Source of the DNA: a bacterium
Lineage (GTDB): Bacteria; Sysuimicrobiota; Sysuimicrobiia; Sysuimicrobiales; Humicultoraceae
Assembly (NCBI GenBank): GCA_041497675.1
Contig: JBGQGY010000039.1
Span: forward strand, 1-27,037
DNA: 27,037 nt
Direction: 5' to 3'
Part shown: piece by piece, positions 9,580 to 19,000 of the stretch
Position numbering within the stretch: the stretch's first letter is position 1
How the letters are laid out: each line of letters opens with the position of its first letter
Notes under the pieces: model-generated
Databases searched by the model: none
What the model was told of the DNA's origin: nothing
What the model saw: only the letters and a program-made list of their open reading frames with translations
Program-made: the position numbers and the translations under genes

Positions 9580-9996
9580 TCAGACGTCGAAGATGATTCG
9601 GGCCGACCAGCCGTCGTCTGTTTGGTTCACGCTCAGCATGTGATACGTGGCCGCTTTGATATCGAGCTTGAAGTGATGTTTGGCAGGATCGACCGGTTCC
9701 CCGTGCACCGTGGCGTGCAACCGGCGCTCGGTCACCTCGTCGACGACGAAGATCTTGGGGACGAACTCCTCGGCGGCGAGCAGCACCAACAGATCGTTGA
9801 GCCAGGCGACCAGCAGCCCTTCCCGATCGTCGGCTTCGACCCGCCGCTCGCGCCAGGCGCGATTCTCAACCTGCATCGGGTCGATGAGAAACGAAAACAT
9901 CCCCTCGGCGGCGGTTTCAAATAGGTCGGGGAGCGTAGTGGCGCGCACCGCGATGCCGATATCGGCGGTATGCTCGATCGATTCGAACGTACCCAC
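9580..9996 (-). CDS. Archease
   Basis: N-terminal EHTAD, LF..AA..MF, LLV.WL, DIKAATYH and C-terminal IFDV are archease signatures. Confidence 0.93.
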   Translation of the reverse strand: MGTFESIEHTADIGIAVRATTLPDLFETAAEGMFSFLIDPMQVENRAWRERRVEADDREGLLVAWLNDLLVLLAAEEFVPKIFVVDEVTERRLHATVHGEPVDPAKHHFKLDIKAATYHMLSVNQTDDGWSARIIFDV

Positions 9997-10002
9997 CCAC
10001 GT

Positions 10003-10008
10003 ATCATA
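10003..10008 (-). promoter_or_regulatory. Candidate -10 element for a leaderless archease transcript
   Basis: TATGAT lies 6 nt before the GTG start (9996), and no Shine-Dalgarno is present. Confidence 0.4.
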
Positions 10009-10011
10009 CTC

Positions 10012-10932
10012 TTACAGGTCTCTCAGGGTGGGGTCGAGGGTATCCCGCAGCGCATTGCCGAACAGGTTGAATCCCAGAATCGCCAGGAAAATGGCCACGC
10101 CAGGATAGTTGACCAGCCAGGGAGCCGTCCAGATCCAGTCCCGCGCCCCGATGAGCAGCGCGCCCCACTCGGGTGATGGGGGCTGCGCGCCGAGCCCGAC
10201 AAAACTCAGGGCCGCGGCCGCCAACACCGCCGTGGGGTACTGCAGGGTCGCCAGGACGACCACGGACGAGATGGTGTTAGGCAACACGTGGCTGAACATC
10301 ACGCGCCCATCGGTGGCCCCCAGCGCCTGTGCCGCGGTGACGAAGTCGTTGCGTTTAACCGACAGCACGTTCCCGCGCACCAGGCGGGCCCACCCCGGCA
10401 CGCTGCTGATGCCAATAGCGATCATCGCGTTCCGGAGGTTGGGGCCAAGGGTCGCGACGATGGCCAGGGCCAGCAAGATGTACGGAAACGCCAGCATGAT
10501 GTCGATCCATCGCATGATCAGCAGATCGGCCCGGCCGCCGTAGTAACCTGAGAAGACGCCTATGGGTACGCCAATAGACATGGCGATGCCCACGCTGATG
10601 ACGCCAACCTGGAGCGTGGTGCGCGTGCCATAAATGATCCGGCTGAGCTGATCGCGCCCCAGATCATCGGTGCCGAGCCAGTGTCGCGCTGAGGGTGCCT
10701 TGAGGCGGTCGGCGGTGTTGATCTTGTAGGGATCGTAGGGGGCGATCAGCGATGCGGAGATCGCGCACAGCGCCAACAGCAGGATGATGCCGCCGCCAAT
10801 CTGCGCGGGTCGCTTCCGGAACAACTGTTTGACGAGCGAACGGCGGGGGCGGACGCGCTCGTCGAGGGTGACGGCAGCCTTGACCGGCCGCCCCCGGGTG
10901 GACGACCCCGCGACCCCCGTCGCATCACTCAT
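10012..10932 (-). CDS. Peptide ABC transporter permease, DppC/OppC-like
   Basis: HWLGTDDLGRD..SRIIYG, EAA-like FVTAAQALGA, HVLPN, LSFVGLGAQPPSPEWG. ATG at 10932 overlaps the dppB stop. Confidence 0.93.
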   Translation of the reverse strand: MSDATGVAGSSTRGRPVKAAVTLDERVRPRRSLVKQLFRKRPAQIGGGIILLLALCAISASLIAPYDPYKINTADRLKAPSARHWLGTDDLGRDQLSRIIYGTRTTLQVGVISVGIAMSIGVPIGVFSGYYGGRADLLIMRWIDIMLAFPYILLALAIVATLGPNLRNAMIAIGISSVPGWARLVRGNVLSVKRNDFVTAAQALGATDGRVMFSHVLPNTISSVVVLATLQYPTAVLAAAALSFVGLGAQPPSPEWGALLIGARDWIWTAPWLVNYPGVAIFLAILGFNLFGNALRDTLDPTLRDL

Positions 10933-11851
10933 AGACAATGCGCGGGTCCAGGGCGCTGTAGGTCAGGTCGACGGCCAGGTTAATCAGCACGTAGGTCACG
11001 GCCACAACGACGACCACGCCCTGGATCACAGGGAAGTCGCGCTGCTGGATGGCTTGAACGGCCAGTTCTCCGACCCCGTGCCACGAGAAGACAATTTCGA
11101 TGATAAACGCGCCGCCCAACAGACCGCCCATCTGCAGACCCAGGATGGTGACCACGGGGATGAGGGCGTTCTTCAGCGCGTGACGCAGGATCACCACGCC
11201 GTGTTGCAGCCCCTTGGCGTGCGCCGTCCGGATGTACTGCGAGTGCAGGACGTCCAGCATGCTCGACCGCGTGATGCGCGCCAGGATGGTGGACGCGATC
11301 AAGCCGAGTGTCAACGCCGGCAGGATGAGGTGTTTGAGGCTGTCCGAGCCCATCACCGGAAGCCACCGCAGACGCACGCTGAACAGCGAGATCATGATGA
11401 GCCCAAACCAAAAGGCCGGCATGGACAAACCCCACATAGCCAGAAACATCGTCACCGTGTCGATCGGTGTGTCACGGTGCACCGCCGCGAGGATGCCCAT
11501 GGTCAGCCCAACGGTTACGGCCACCGCCAGGCTGCCGAACGCGAGGAGCAGCGTGTTCTTGTACCGCGCCTCGATCTCCGCCCGCACAGGCCGCCGGGTG
11601 CGCACGGATCGGCCCAACTCGCCCCGAGCCACCGACCCGAGAAACCGCACGTACTGTACAGCCAGCGGCGCGTCGAGCCCGAGTTCTCGCCTGATCGAGT
11701 CGACCGTGGCTTTGTCGGGAGGCAGCTGGCCAAAATACATGATCTCGATGGGATCGCCCGGCACCAGGGCGCGAATGAGGAAGACCAGGGTGACCACACC
11801 AAGCACTACGGGGATCAGGAACACGAGGCGTCGGGCAGCGTAAACGGCCAT
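10925..11851 (-). CDS. Peptide ABC transporter permease, DppB/OppB-like
   Basis: PGDP, LGLD.PL..QY, LGRS, ARITRSSMLDVL...YIRTAHAKGL, HALKNALIP and RDFPVIQG...LDPRI. Confidence 0.94.
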   Translation of the reverse strand: MAVYAARRLVFLIPVVLGVVTLVFLIRALVPGDPIEIMYFGQLPPDKATVDSIRRELGLDAPLAVQYVRFLGSVARGELGRSVRTRRPVRAEIEARYKNTLLLAFGSLAVAVTVGLTMGILAAVHRDTPIDTVTMFLAMWGLSMPAFWFGLIMISLFSVRLRWLPVMGSDSLKHLILPALTLGLIASTILARITRSSMLDVLHSQYIRTAHAKGLQHGVVILRHALKNALIPVVTILGLQMGGLLGGAFIIEIVFSWHGVGELAVQAIQQRDFPVIQGVVVVVAVTYVLINLAVDLTYSALDPRIVYE

Positions 11852-11869
11852 GTTCTGCTACGCCCAGGG

Positions 11870-11909
11870 AACGGGCATACCGCGCGCAGAAACACGCGGT
11901 ATGCCCGTT
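11870..11909 (-). terminator. Strong stem-loop between the SBP gene and dppB (partial terminator or mRNA-stabilising hairpin)
   Basis: Perfect 15-bp inverted repeat AACGGGCATACCGCG / CGCGGTATGCCCGTT with a 10-nt loop, starting 7 nt after the SBP stop; no long U-tract on the minus strand. Confidence 0.75.
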
Positions 11910-11916
11910 TTCACGC

Positions 11917-13512
11917 TTACTGCTTCACCCACACGTCTTCGTAGATGATCCCACCGAAGTAGTCGAGTCGGAGGTTTTCCAGTCGTCCGCCGGCCGCAAA
12001 CATAAGCCAGTCGGTCAGGATCGGGATAACGATGGCCTTTTGCAAAATCATCACCTGCGCCTGCTTAACCATGTCTAGCCTGCGGGAAGCGTTCATCGTC
12101 GTGTCCGCGCGGTCCAGTGCCGTGTCCAACTCGGAGTCAGCGTAGAGCTGCCGCCAGCCCGGCGTCTTGAACAGCAGCGAGAGGATGTTTGCCTCCGGCC
12201 AGGTCCACCTCATTAGGTCGAAGTCGAACTGCGCTTTGGGCATCTCGGCAGACATCGTGCCGAAGTCGGTCACCCTGACGTCGACGTCGATGCCGACGTC
12301 CTTCAGGTTGGCCTGGATGATCTCGCATCCGCGCTTGACGGTCTCAAAACCCGAATACGTCCAACAGCTGAACTTGGCCGCCCGCCCGCCGTTCTCTCTC
12401 ACACGCGTGGCCGGGTTGACCCGCCAGCCCAGCTCATCGAGCATCGTCGCGGCCTTCCGCAGGTCAAACCCGATGCCGTACTGTTTGCCGATCTTGTCGT
12501 CCCAACCCGCGACGCCCACCGGGATCGGGTTCAAATTCAGGGTGGCGAAGCCACCCCAGGCGCCCTCGACGATCGATTTTTTATCGATCGCCCACCCGAC
12601 CGCGGCGCGAAACTTCGGGTTGTCAAACGGGGGCCGCTTGTAGTTGAACTCCACGAACACGAAGTTGAGCGCGTCCTTCTTGACGGCCGTCTTGAATCGT
12701 TTGTCGTTGAGGAATCGGTCGGCCGACTCGCGGGTGAGCGGGATGACGTCGAGTTCCCCGGTCTCCATGGCCGCGATGCGCGTACCGACGGCGGGCACCA
12801 CCTTGAGGATGATCCCCGACACGTGCACGGGCCCCTTGTTCTGCACGTCCTCGCGAAACTGCTGGTACTCGGGGTTGCGCGCCAGGACGATCGACGACCC
12901 GGCCACCCACGTCTCGAACTTGAACGGCCCTGTCCCTACGGGATTACGCCCGTAGTCCTTACCGTACTTCCGCACCGCGGCGGGCGACACGATGCCCGCA
13001 TACGACGTCGTCAGGTTCGTGAAGAACGGCGCGAAGGGTTTTTCCAGGGTGAACTGGACGGTCGTGTCATCGAGGGCTTTGACGTCCTTCACCTCGTTGA
13101 ACTGGGACCTGGCCGGCGCGGCCGTGGCCGGATCGAGAAGCCGCTTGAAGGTGAACTCCACCGCCTGCGCGTTGAAGGGCGTCCCATCGTGGAACTTGAT
13201 GCCGGTCCGCAGTTTGAACGTGACGACCTTCTGGTCCTGGCTCACGGTCCACGAGCTGGCCAGCCGGCCTGCGGGCAGACCCTGCTGATTGATGTACACC
13301 AGCCGGTCGTAGATGAACCCCTGGACACCGCTCGCCGTCGCGGAGACCGTGGCGTGCGGGTCAAGCGAATCGGGGTCTTCACCCAGCACGAGCCGCAGCG
13401 TGCCGCCTCTCCGGATCTCTTGCGCGGCGGATTGGCCTGTGAGCCACCCGGGCCCGACGAGCAAACTCGCGAGCACGATCGCAGCGGCGAGGACGTACCA
13501 CCGGCGCTTCAT
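11917..13512 (-). CDS. ABC transporter substrate-binding protein, family 5 (DppA/OppA-like)
   Basis: Start MKRRWYVLAAAIV at 13512 with an AGAGGAGGG RBS; signal peptide; RGGTL, PDSLDPH, IYDRLV, LRTGIKFHDGTPFNA, PVGTGPFK. Confidence 0.94.
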   Translation of the reverse strand: MKRRWYVLAAAIVLASLLVGPGWLTGQSAAQEIRRGGTLRLVLGEDPDSLDPHATVSATASGVQGFIYDRLVYINQQGLPAGRLASSWTVSQDQKVVTFKLRTGIKFHDGTPFNAQAVEFTFKRLLDPATAAPARSQFNEVKDVKALDDTTVQFTLEKPFAPFFTNLTTSYAGIVSPAAVRKYGKDYGRNPVGTGPFKFETWVAGSSIVLARNPEYQQFREDVQNKGPVHVSGIILKVVPAVGTRIAAMETGELDVIPLTRESADRFLNDKRFKTAVKKDALNFVFVEFNYKRPPFDNPKFRAAVGWAIDKKSIVEGAWGGFATLNLNPIPVGVAGWDDKIGKQYGIGFDLRKAATMLDELGWRVNPATRVRENGGRAAKFSCWTYSGFETVKRGCEIIQANLKDVGIDVDVRVTDFGTMSAEMPKAQFDFDLMRWTWPEANILSLLFKTPGWRQLYADSELDTALDRADTTMNASRRLDMVKQAQVMILQKAIVIPILTDWLMFAAGGRLENLRLDYFGGIIYEDVWVKQ

Positions 13513-13543
13513 GGTTGTTCCCTCCTCTGTCACGTCTCTTGGC

Positions 13544-13574
13544 GAGCATTCGACATGGCAGGAGGCGCCCCCTG
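13544..13574 (-). promoter_or_regulatory. Candidate alternative-sigma (sigma-H-like) promoter for the peptide ABC operon
   Basis: Minus strand CAGGG-N18-GAATGCTC. Confidence 0.55.
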
Positions 13575-13593
13575 GCAGGCTAAGTAAGAGCGC

Positions 13594-15003
13594 ATGACCG
13601 ACCACGCCACGCGAAGAGCCATCGCGCACGCCGTCAAGATCGTTGCCCCGTGGATCGAGTACAAGAGGGCCCTGGCACGGGTCCCCGCCGTCTCGGTGGG
13701 AATCGTCCACGAAGATCAGATAATCTTTGCCAACGGATATGGCTTCGCGAACGTCGCGAAGCGGACGCGGGCGACCGAGACGACCTGCTATCGGATCGCT
13801 TCGATTTCGAAGACGATCACCGCGACGGCCGCCCTCCAACTGGCGGAACGGGGCGCCCTGCAACTCGATGACCGGGTCCAGACGTTTCTCCCGTGGTTCC
13901 GGTCAACGAAGGACGCCGGTCTGGCGCGAATCACACTCCGCCACCTGCTCACGCACATGGCCGGCATCGAGCGGGACGGCAACACGGCGCACTGGGAGCA
14001 CCGCCGGTTTCCGACGTTGGCGCAGATCCAAGACCACGTTCGAGAGGGCATCGCGGTCTTTCGCCCGTTGGAAAGCTTCAAGTACTCAAACCTCGGCTAC
14101 GCCATCGCCGGCCAGGTCATCGCGGCCGCGAGCGGGCAACCATACGAACGGTACGTCGAGGAGCGTGTCGTCCACAGACTCGGCCTGACGCATACCAGCC
14201 CAACACTGCCCGCCCGCGTGCGCGGGCGACTCGCCCTCGGGTACGACCGGGATCTCCCCTCGAAACCTCGCGCCGCCCTGCCGCACGCCGAGACGCGCGC
14301 GATGGCGGCGGCAACTGGTTTCTCGTCCAACGTCCTCGACCTGTGCGCGTACATGTCGGCCCAGTTCCTGGGCAATGCCACCCTGCTGTCCGATGAGAGC
14401 AAGCGGGAGATGCAGCGCGTCCACTGGATGAACAAGAAGACCGACCATCACTACGGCATTGGGTTTGACCTCTGGAAGGTGGACGATACGCTGATCGTGG
14501 GACACGGCGGCGGCTTCCCTGGGTTCATCACGCGGATCGGGATGGATCCCGAGAGGAAGATCGGGGTGGCGGTGCTGACGAACGCGCTCGACCCCCTGGC
14601 CGGCACGCTGGCGAACGGCATCCTCTCCACGATCGGCTACTTCGTCAGGCACGATGCGAAATTTCGTGCGTCGCGGAGACGGGCGCCGAACCTGGCGAGA
14701 TATCAGGGACGGTTCTTCTCGACGTGGAACGACACGGAAGTGGTCCGCGTCGGCGGCCGGCTGGTCGCCTTCGGGCCGATCAGCGATCGCCCGATGGATG
14801 AGGCGGTCCTCTTCGAGCCCGCCGGCAGGCACCGGTTCAAGATCGGGTCCGGCAGCGAGTTCGGGTATCTTGGTGAGCGTGTGACGTTCGAGTTCGGGCG
14901 GAAGGGACGGCTGACAGGATTGACCTGGGGGCCGAATCGCTCGCGCGCGGTGAGGACGGCCCTGCGCGTATCCAAAGGAGGTGGTGCACCTGGCCGACCG
15001 TGA
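13594..15003 (+). CDS. Serine hydrolase, beta-lactamase/penicillin-binding-protein fold (AmpC-like family, probable peptidase/esterase)
   Basis: SxxK (RIASISKT), LLTHMAG, YSN (FKYSNLGY) and GHGG; extra C-terminal domain; no signal peptide. Confidence 0.88.
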   Translation: MTDHATRRAIAHAVKIVAPWIEYKRALARVPAVSVGIVHEDQIIFANGYGFANVAKRTRATETTCYRIASISKTITATAALQLAERGALQLDDRVQTFLPWFRSTKDAGLARITLRHLLTHMAGIERDGNTAHWEHRRFPTLAQIQDHVREGIAVFRPLESFKYSNLGYAIAGQVIAAASGQPYERYVEERVVHRLGLTHTSPTLPARVRGRLALGYDRDLPSKPRAALPHAETRAMAAATGFSSNVLDLCAYMSAQFLGNATLLSDESKREMQRVHWMNKKTDHHYGIGFDLWKVDDTLIVGHGGGFPGFITRIGMDPERKIGVAVLTNALDPLAGTLANGILSTIGYFVRHDAKFRASRRRAPNLARYQGRFFSTWNDTEVVRVGGRLVAFGPISDRPMDEAVLFEPAGRHRFKIGSGSEFGYLGERVTFEFGRKGRLTGLTWGPNRSRAVRTALRVSKGGGAPGRP

Positions 15004-16036
15004 GCGCATACGCCTCACGTCGATGGTCGCCTGCGCGGGCTGAGCGTCGAAGCTGCCTCCCGGCGAACTGGCGTACGTGTTGCGCCACCTCCCCAAGCCC
15101 GGCGACCCGAACCTGCTGCTCGGGATCGGCACCGGCGATGATGCGGCCGTCTACCGCCTGACCGACGAACTGGCGCTGGTGCAGACGGTCGATGTGTTCA
15201 CGCCGATCGTCGATGACCCGTACACGTTCGGACAAATCGCCGCCACCAACGCCCTCTCGGATGTCTACGCGAAGGGCGGACGGCCGTTGCTTGCTCTGAA
15301 CATCGCAGGATTCCCCCGCAAACTGTCGCTGGATATCCTCGCAGACATCCTTCGGGGCGGCGCCGAAAAGGCTCTGGAAGCCGGAGTATTGATCGTGGGC
15401 GGCCACACCATTGACGACCCCGAACCGAAGTACGGTCTGGCTGTCACCGGCTTGGTGCACCCGGCGCGATTCGTCTCGAACGCGGGCGCTCGGCCGGGCG
15501 ACGTGCTGTTCCTCACGAAGCCGATCGGGATTGGGGTGATCACGACCGGTATCAAACAGGATATGACGCCACCGGCCGTCGCCGCGGAGGCCATACGCGT
15601 CATGAATACGCTCAACCGCGCGGCCTCGGAGGCCATGATGCAGGTCGGTGTCCATGCGGCCACCGATGTCACAGGGTTTGGCCTGTTGGGCCACCTCTAC
15701 GAGATGGTCGACGCCAGCGGCGTCGCCGCGCGCATCTCCGCCGCAGCCGTCCCCGTGCTGCCGGGCGCGGCGGATCTCGCCGGACATGGCGCGGTCGCCG
15801 GGGGTACCGCCCGCAACCTGGAGTGGCTCGCGGACAAAGTGCGCTGGGCGCCCACCATCGACGAAACCACCCGCATCCTGCTGGCCGACGCGCAGACATC
15901 AGGTGGGTTGCTGATCGCCGTCGCACCGGAGCGGGCGGCGGCGCTGGAACAGGCAATGCACGCGCGAGGGGTCGAGCCGATCGCGCGAATCGGTGAGATC
16001 GTCACCCGCAACGGCCTCCCCCTCGACGTCCGATAG
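14990..16036 (+). CDS. selD: Selenide, water dikinase (selenophosphate synthetase), selenocysteine-containing
   Basis: The frame extends upstream of the ORF call through an in-frame TGA (15041-15043): (M)ADRERIRLTSMVACAG-U-ASKLPPGEL. It continues with DDAAVY, QTVD.FTPIVDDPY.FG.IAA.NALSDVYA, GGHTIDD.EPKYG, TDVTGFGLLGH and DAQTSGGLL. RBS AAAGGAGGT at 14974-14982. The start codon (CTG 14990 or GTG 14984) is uncertain. Confidence 0.95.
15044..15078 (+). other. Candidate bacterial SECIS element
   Basis: Immediately 3' of the UGA. Hand folding gives a lower stem GCGUCG/CG(U)ACGU and an upper stem CCGG-CGAA-CUGG (15060-15071); not computed. Confidence 0.45.
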
Positions 16037-16040
16037 CTTC

Positions 16041-16070
16041 CAGGGAGCCGGGCGCCTCCGGCGAATGCTC
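16041..16070 (+). promoter_or_regulatory. Candidate alternative-sigma (sigma-H-like) promoter, possibly leaderless, for the SARP regulator
   Basis: CAGGG-N17-GAATGCTC ending 7 nt before GTG 16078; no Shine-Dalgarno. Confidence 0.55.
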
Positions 16071-16077
16071 AATAGGC

Positions 16078-19000
16078 GTGTCAGGACTTCTTTCTCTTCA
16101 TTTGCTCGGCGGCTTCCGGATGGTCGACGGCGATGGGCCTGTTCCCGGCGTTGAGTCGGTTCGGGTCCAATCGCTGGTTGCCCATCTGGTTCTCCATGCC
16201 GGCGATTCGTTTTCCCGCCAGCACCTCGCCGGCTTGTTCTGGCCCGATTCCCCCGACGGTCAGGCGCGGACCAATCTGCGTAAGCTCGTCCTGGAACTCC
16301 GCCGCGCCCTCCCGGACTTCGATCGATATCTCCTCATCGAGGATCGCGCGTTGCAGTGGCGCCGCGACGCGCCGATCTCGGTCGACGTGGTGGAGTTCGA
16401 ACACGCGCTCGCCCACGCGTCGTCACCGGCAGCCCTGGAACAGGTCATCACGCTGTACCGCGGCGATCTCTTGCAGGAGTGTTATGACGATTGGATCATT
16501 CCCGAGCGCGAGCGTCTGCGGCGGTCGTACATGGATGCTCTGGCGCGCCTGGTCGCGGCGCTGGAGGCTCACCGGGACTACGCCGGGGCCATTCGGCACG
16601 CCCGCCGCCTCCTCGATCTCGACCCGCTCCAGGAAGCCACCTACCGCCTGCTGATGCGCCTCCACGCGCTGACCGGCGACCGCACAGGCGCGGTCCGCGT
16701 GTACCATGCCTGTGCCTCGACGCTTCAGCGCGAGCTGGACGTGGTCCCAAGCCCCGAAACCCGCGAGGCATACGAGCGCCTGCTCGCCGCCGATGCCCGT
16801 CCGGCGACGCAACCTCTCGCGGCGCCCCCACTCGTGGGCCGCCATAGCGAGTGGGAACGGCTCCAGACAGCCTGGAGGACCGTCATGGCGGGATCGAGTC
16901 GCGCGGTGATCCTGGGAGGCGAGCCCGGCATCGGCAAGACTAGGCTGACCGAAGACCTGCTGGAGTGGGCGGCCCGCCAAGGCATCGCCAGCCGGCACGC
17001 GCGCTGCTACACGGCCGAGGCCGACCTGGCCTTCGCGCCGATCACGGCGCTGCTGCGTGCGCGATCACTGCCACCCATGACCGCCGTGGTGAAACGCGAC
17101 GTGGCGCGGCTCCTCCCGGAACTTCTTGAGGATGATCCCACGCTGCCGCCACCGGGGCCGCTCACCGAGGCGTGGCAGCGGCAGCACCTGTTCGAGACGA
17201 TGGCGCGCATCCTGCTGGTCGATCAGCCGCTGCTCGTTGTGGTCGACGACCTGCAGTGGTGCGACGAGGAAAGCCTCGAGTTCCTGCACTCGCTGACCCG
17301 CCGCAATCCGCACGCCAGATTGCTGCTCGCCGTAACGATGCGTCCGGAAGAGGTGGACGCGATCCATCCACTACAGCGTGTCGTCCAATCGTGGCGGCAT
17401 GCAGGGATCCTGACCCAGATCGATCTGGGACCGCTCGATGCCGGCGCGACGGCACAGCTCGCCTCGTCGATCGCGGGCGCCGACCTGAGCGCCGAGGCGG
17501 CATCCCGGGTGTTTCGGGATACCGAGGGCAACCCGTTGTTCATCGTTGAACTGGCGCGCGCGGGCCTGGTGGGCACGAGTGATCCGGCCGAGCCGCTGCC
17601 GCCGCAGATTCAAGAAGTCATCCGCACGCGGCTGGCCCACCTCTCGCCGGCGGCCCGAGAACTGGCGGGCGTGGCGTCGGCCGTCGGCCGGTCGTTTACG
17701 TTCCGGCTCCTGGCCGAAGTCGGCGGCATGGAAGAAGATTCGCTGATCCGCTGTCTGGACGAACTCTGGCACCGCAGGATCATCCGCGAGCAGGGAGCCG
17801 AGGCCTATGATTTTACGCACGACAAGGTGCGCGAGGTCGCCTACCGTGTGATGAGCGCAGCCCGGCGGCGCTGGCTCCACCGACAGATCGCACGGGGGCT
17901 GGAAACGCTCTACAAGACCAACCTGGACGACGCCAGCGGGCAGATTGCCACGCACTATGAGCAGGCGGGTATGTCCGACGAGGCGACGCCTTACTACCTG
18001 CGGGCCGCCGAGGCCGCCCGCCGCGTCTCCGCGTACGATGTGGCGATCAACTACTACCACCGCCTGTTGGCGCTGGAGACCGGCGTAGATCGCATCACCG
18101 TGATGCGGCGGCTGGCCGAGATTTGGCAGCGCACCGGCCGCTGGACCGACGCGGAGCAGATCGTTCGACAGGCCCTGGCGCTCGCGCGACAGGCGGCGGA
18201 CACCGAAGCGGAGGCCGAGTGCCAGATCGGCCTCGGGTTTATCCTCCGCCTCCGCGGCTCCTACACGGAGGCGATCAGCTGGTTCGAGCAAGCGCGGCAA
18301 ATATTCGAACATCTCAGCGTCCCGCGCGGGGTCGGCCGGTCGGTCGGGCATCTGGGCATCGTGTACTTCGAATTAGCCGACTACGCGCGCGCGCTGGACT
18401 GTTTCAACCGGCAGTGGCAGATCGCGCAGCGGCTCGGCGATACGGCCGAAATGAGCAACGCGCTGCGGGATATGGGACTCGTCCACTGGGCGCAAGGCGA
18501 CTACACGCAGGCGCTGGCCTGCCACGAGCGCCACTTGCACCTGGCCGCCGAACGCGGCGAACGGTCCGGCATCGAAGGCATGAACGCGTTGAATAACCTG
18601 GGTCTGGTCTATCGGGCCATGGGCGAATACGCCCGGGCGCTGGAATATCATCAGGAGAGCCTGAAGATCGCGCGGGAGATCGGCAACCGTCGTGGTCTGG
18701 CCGTCGCGCTGGGCAACATCGGGATCGACCACGAAGAGCAGGGCGCCTATGTCCGCGCACTCGACTACTTTACTCAGCAACTCGCGATTGCTGAGGAGTT
18801 GGGCGACCGCCGCAGCGTGAGCCACGCCGTCTGGCACGCCGGCAACGTCTATGAAGCCCTGGGTCGATATGCCGAAGCGCTGTGCTACTTCTCCAAACAA
18901 CTGGCGATCGCCACCGAGCTGGACGACCGGCGTGTGGCCGCCATCGCGTTGGGGAACATCGCCCGAGTGCGCGCGGCGCAGGGCTCGGACCAGGACGCGG

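Noticed and set aside
13559..13588. Fourth sigma-H-like promoter for the serine hydrolase (CAGGA-N17-TAAG)
   Set aside because: The downstream box lacks GAA and GCTC; too weak to call.
13594..15003. Beta-lactam resistance gene
   Set aside because: The fold is shared by many peptidases and esterases; no signal peptide, GHGG instead of KTG, and no mobile context.
15041..15043. selD as a nonsense pseudogene, or starting at 15077
   Set aside because: The TGA is exactly at the catalytic Cys/Sec site with conserved flanks and an RBS, and the rest of the gene is intact.
2442..16036. serS plus selD as a selenocysteine gene cluster
   Set aside because: They are over 11 kb apart on opposite strands, with no selA, selB or tRNA-Sec seen between them.
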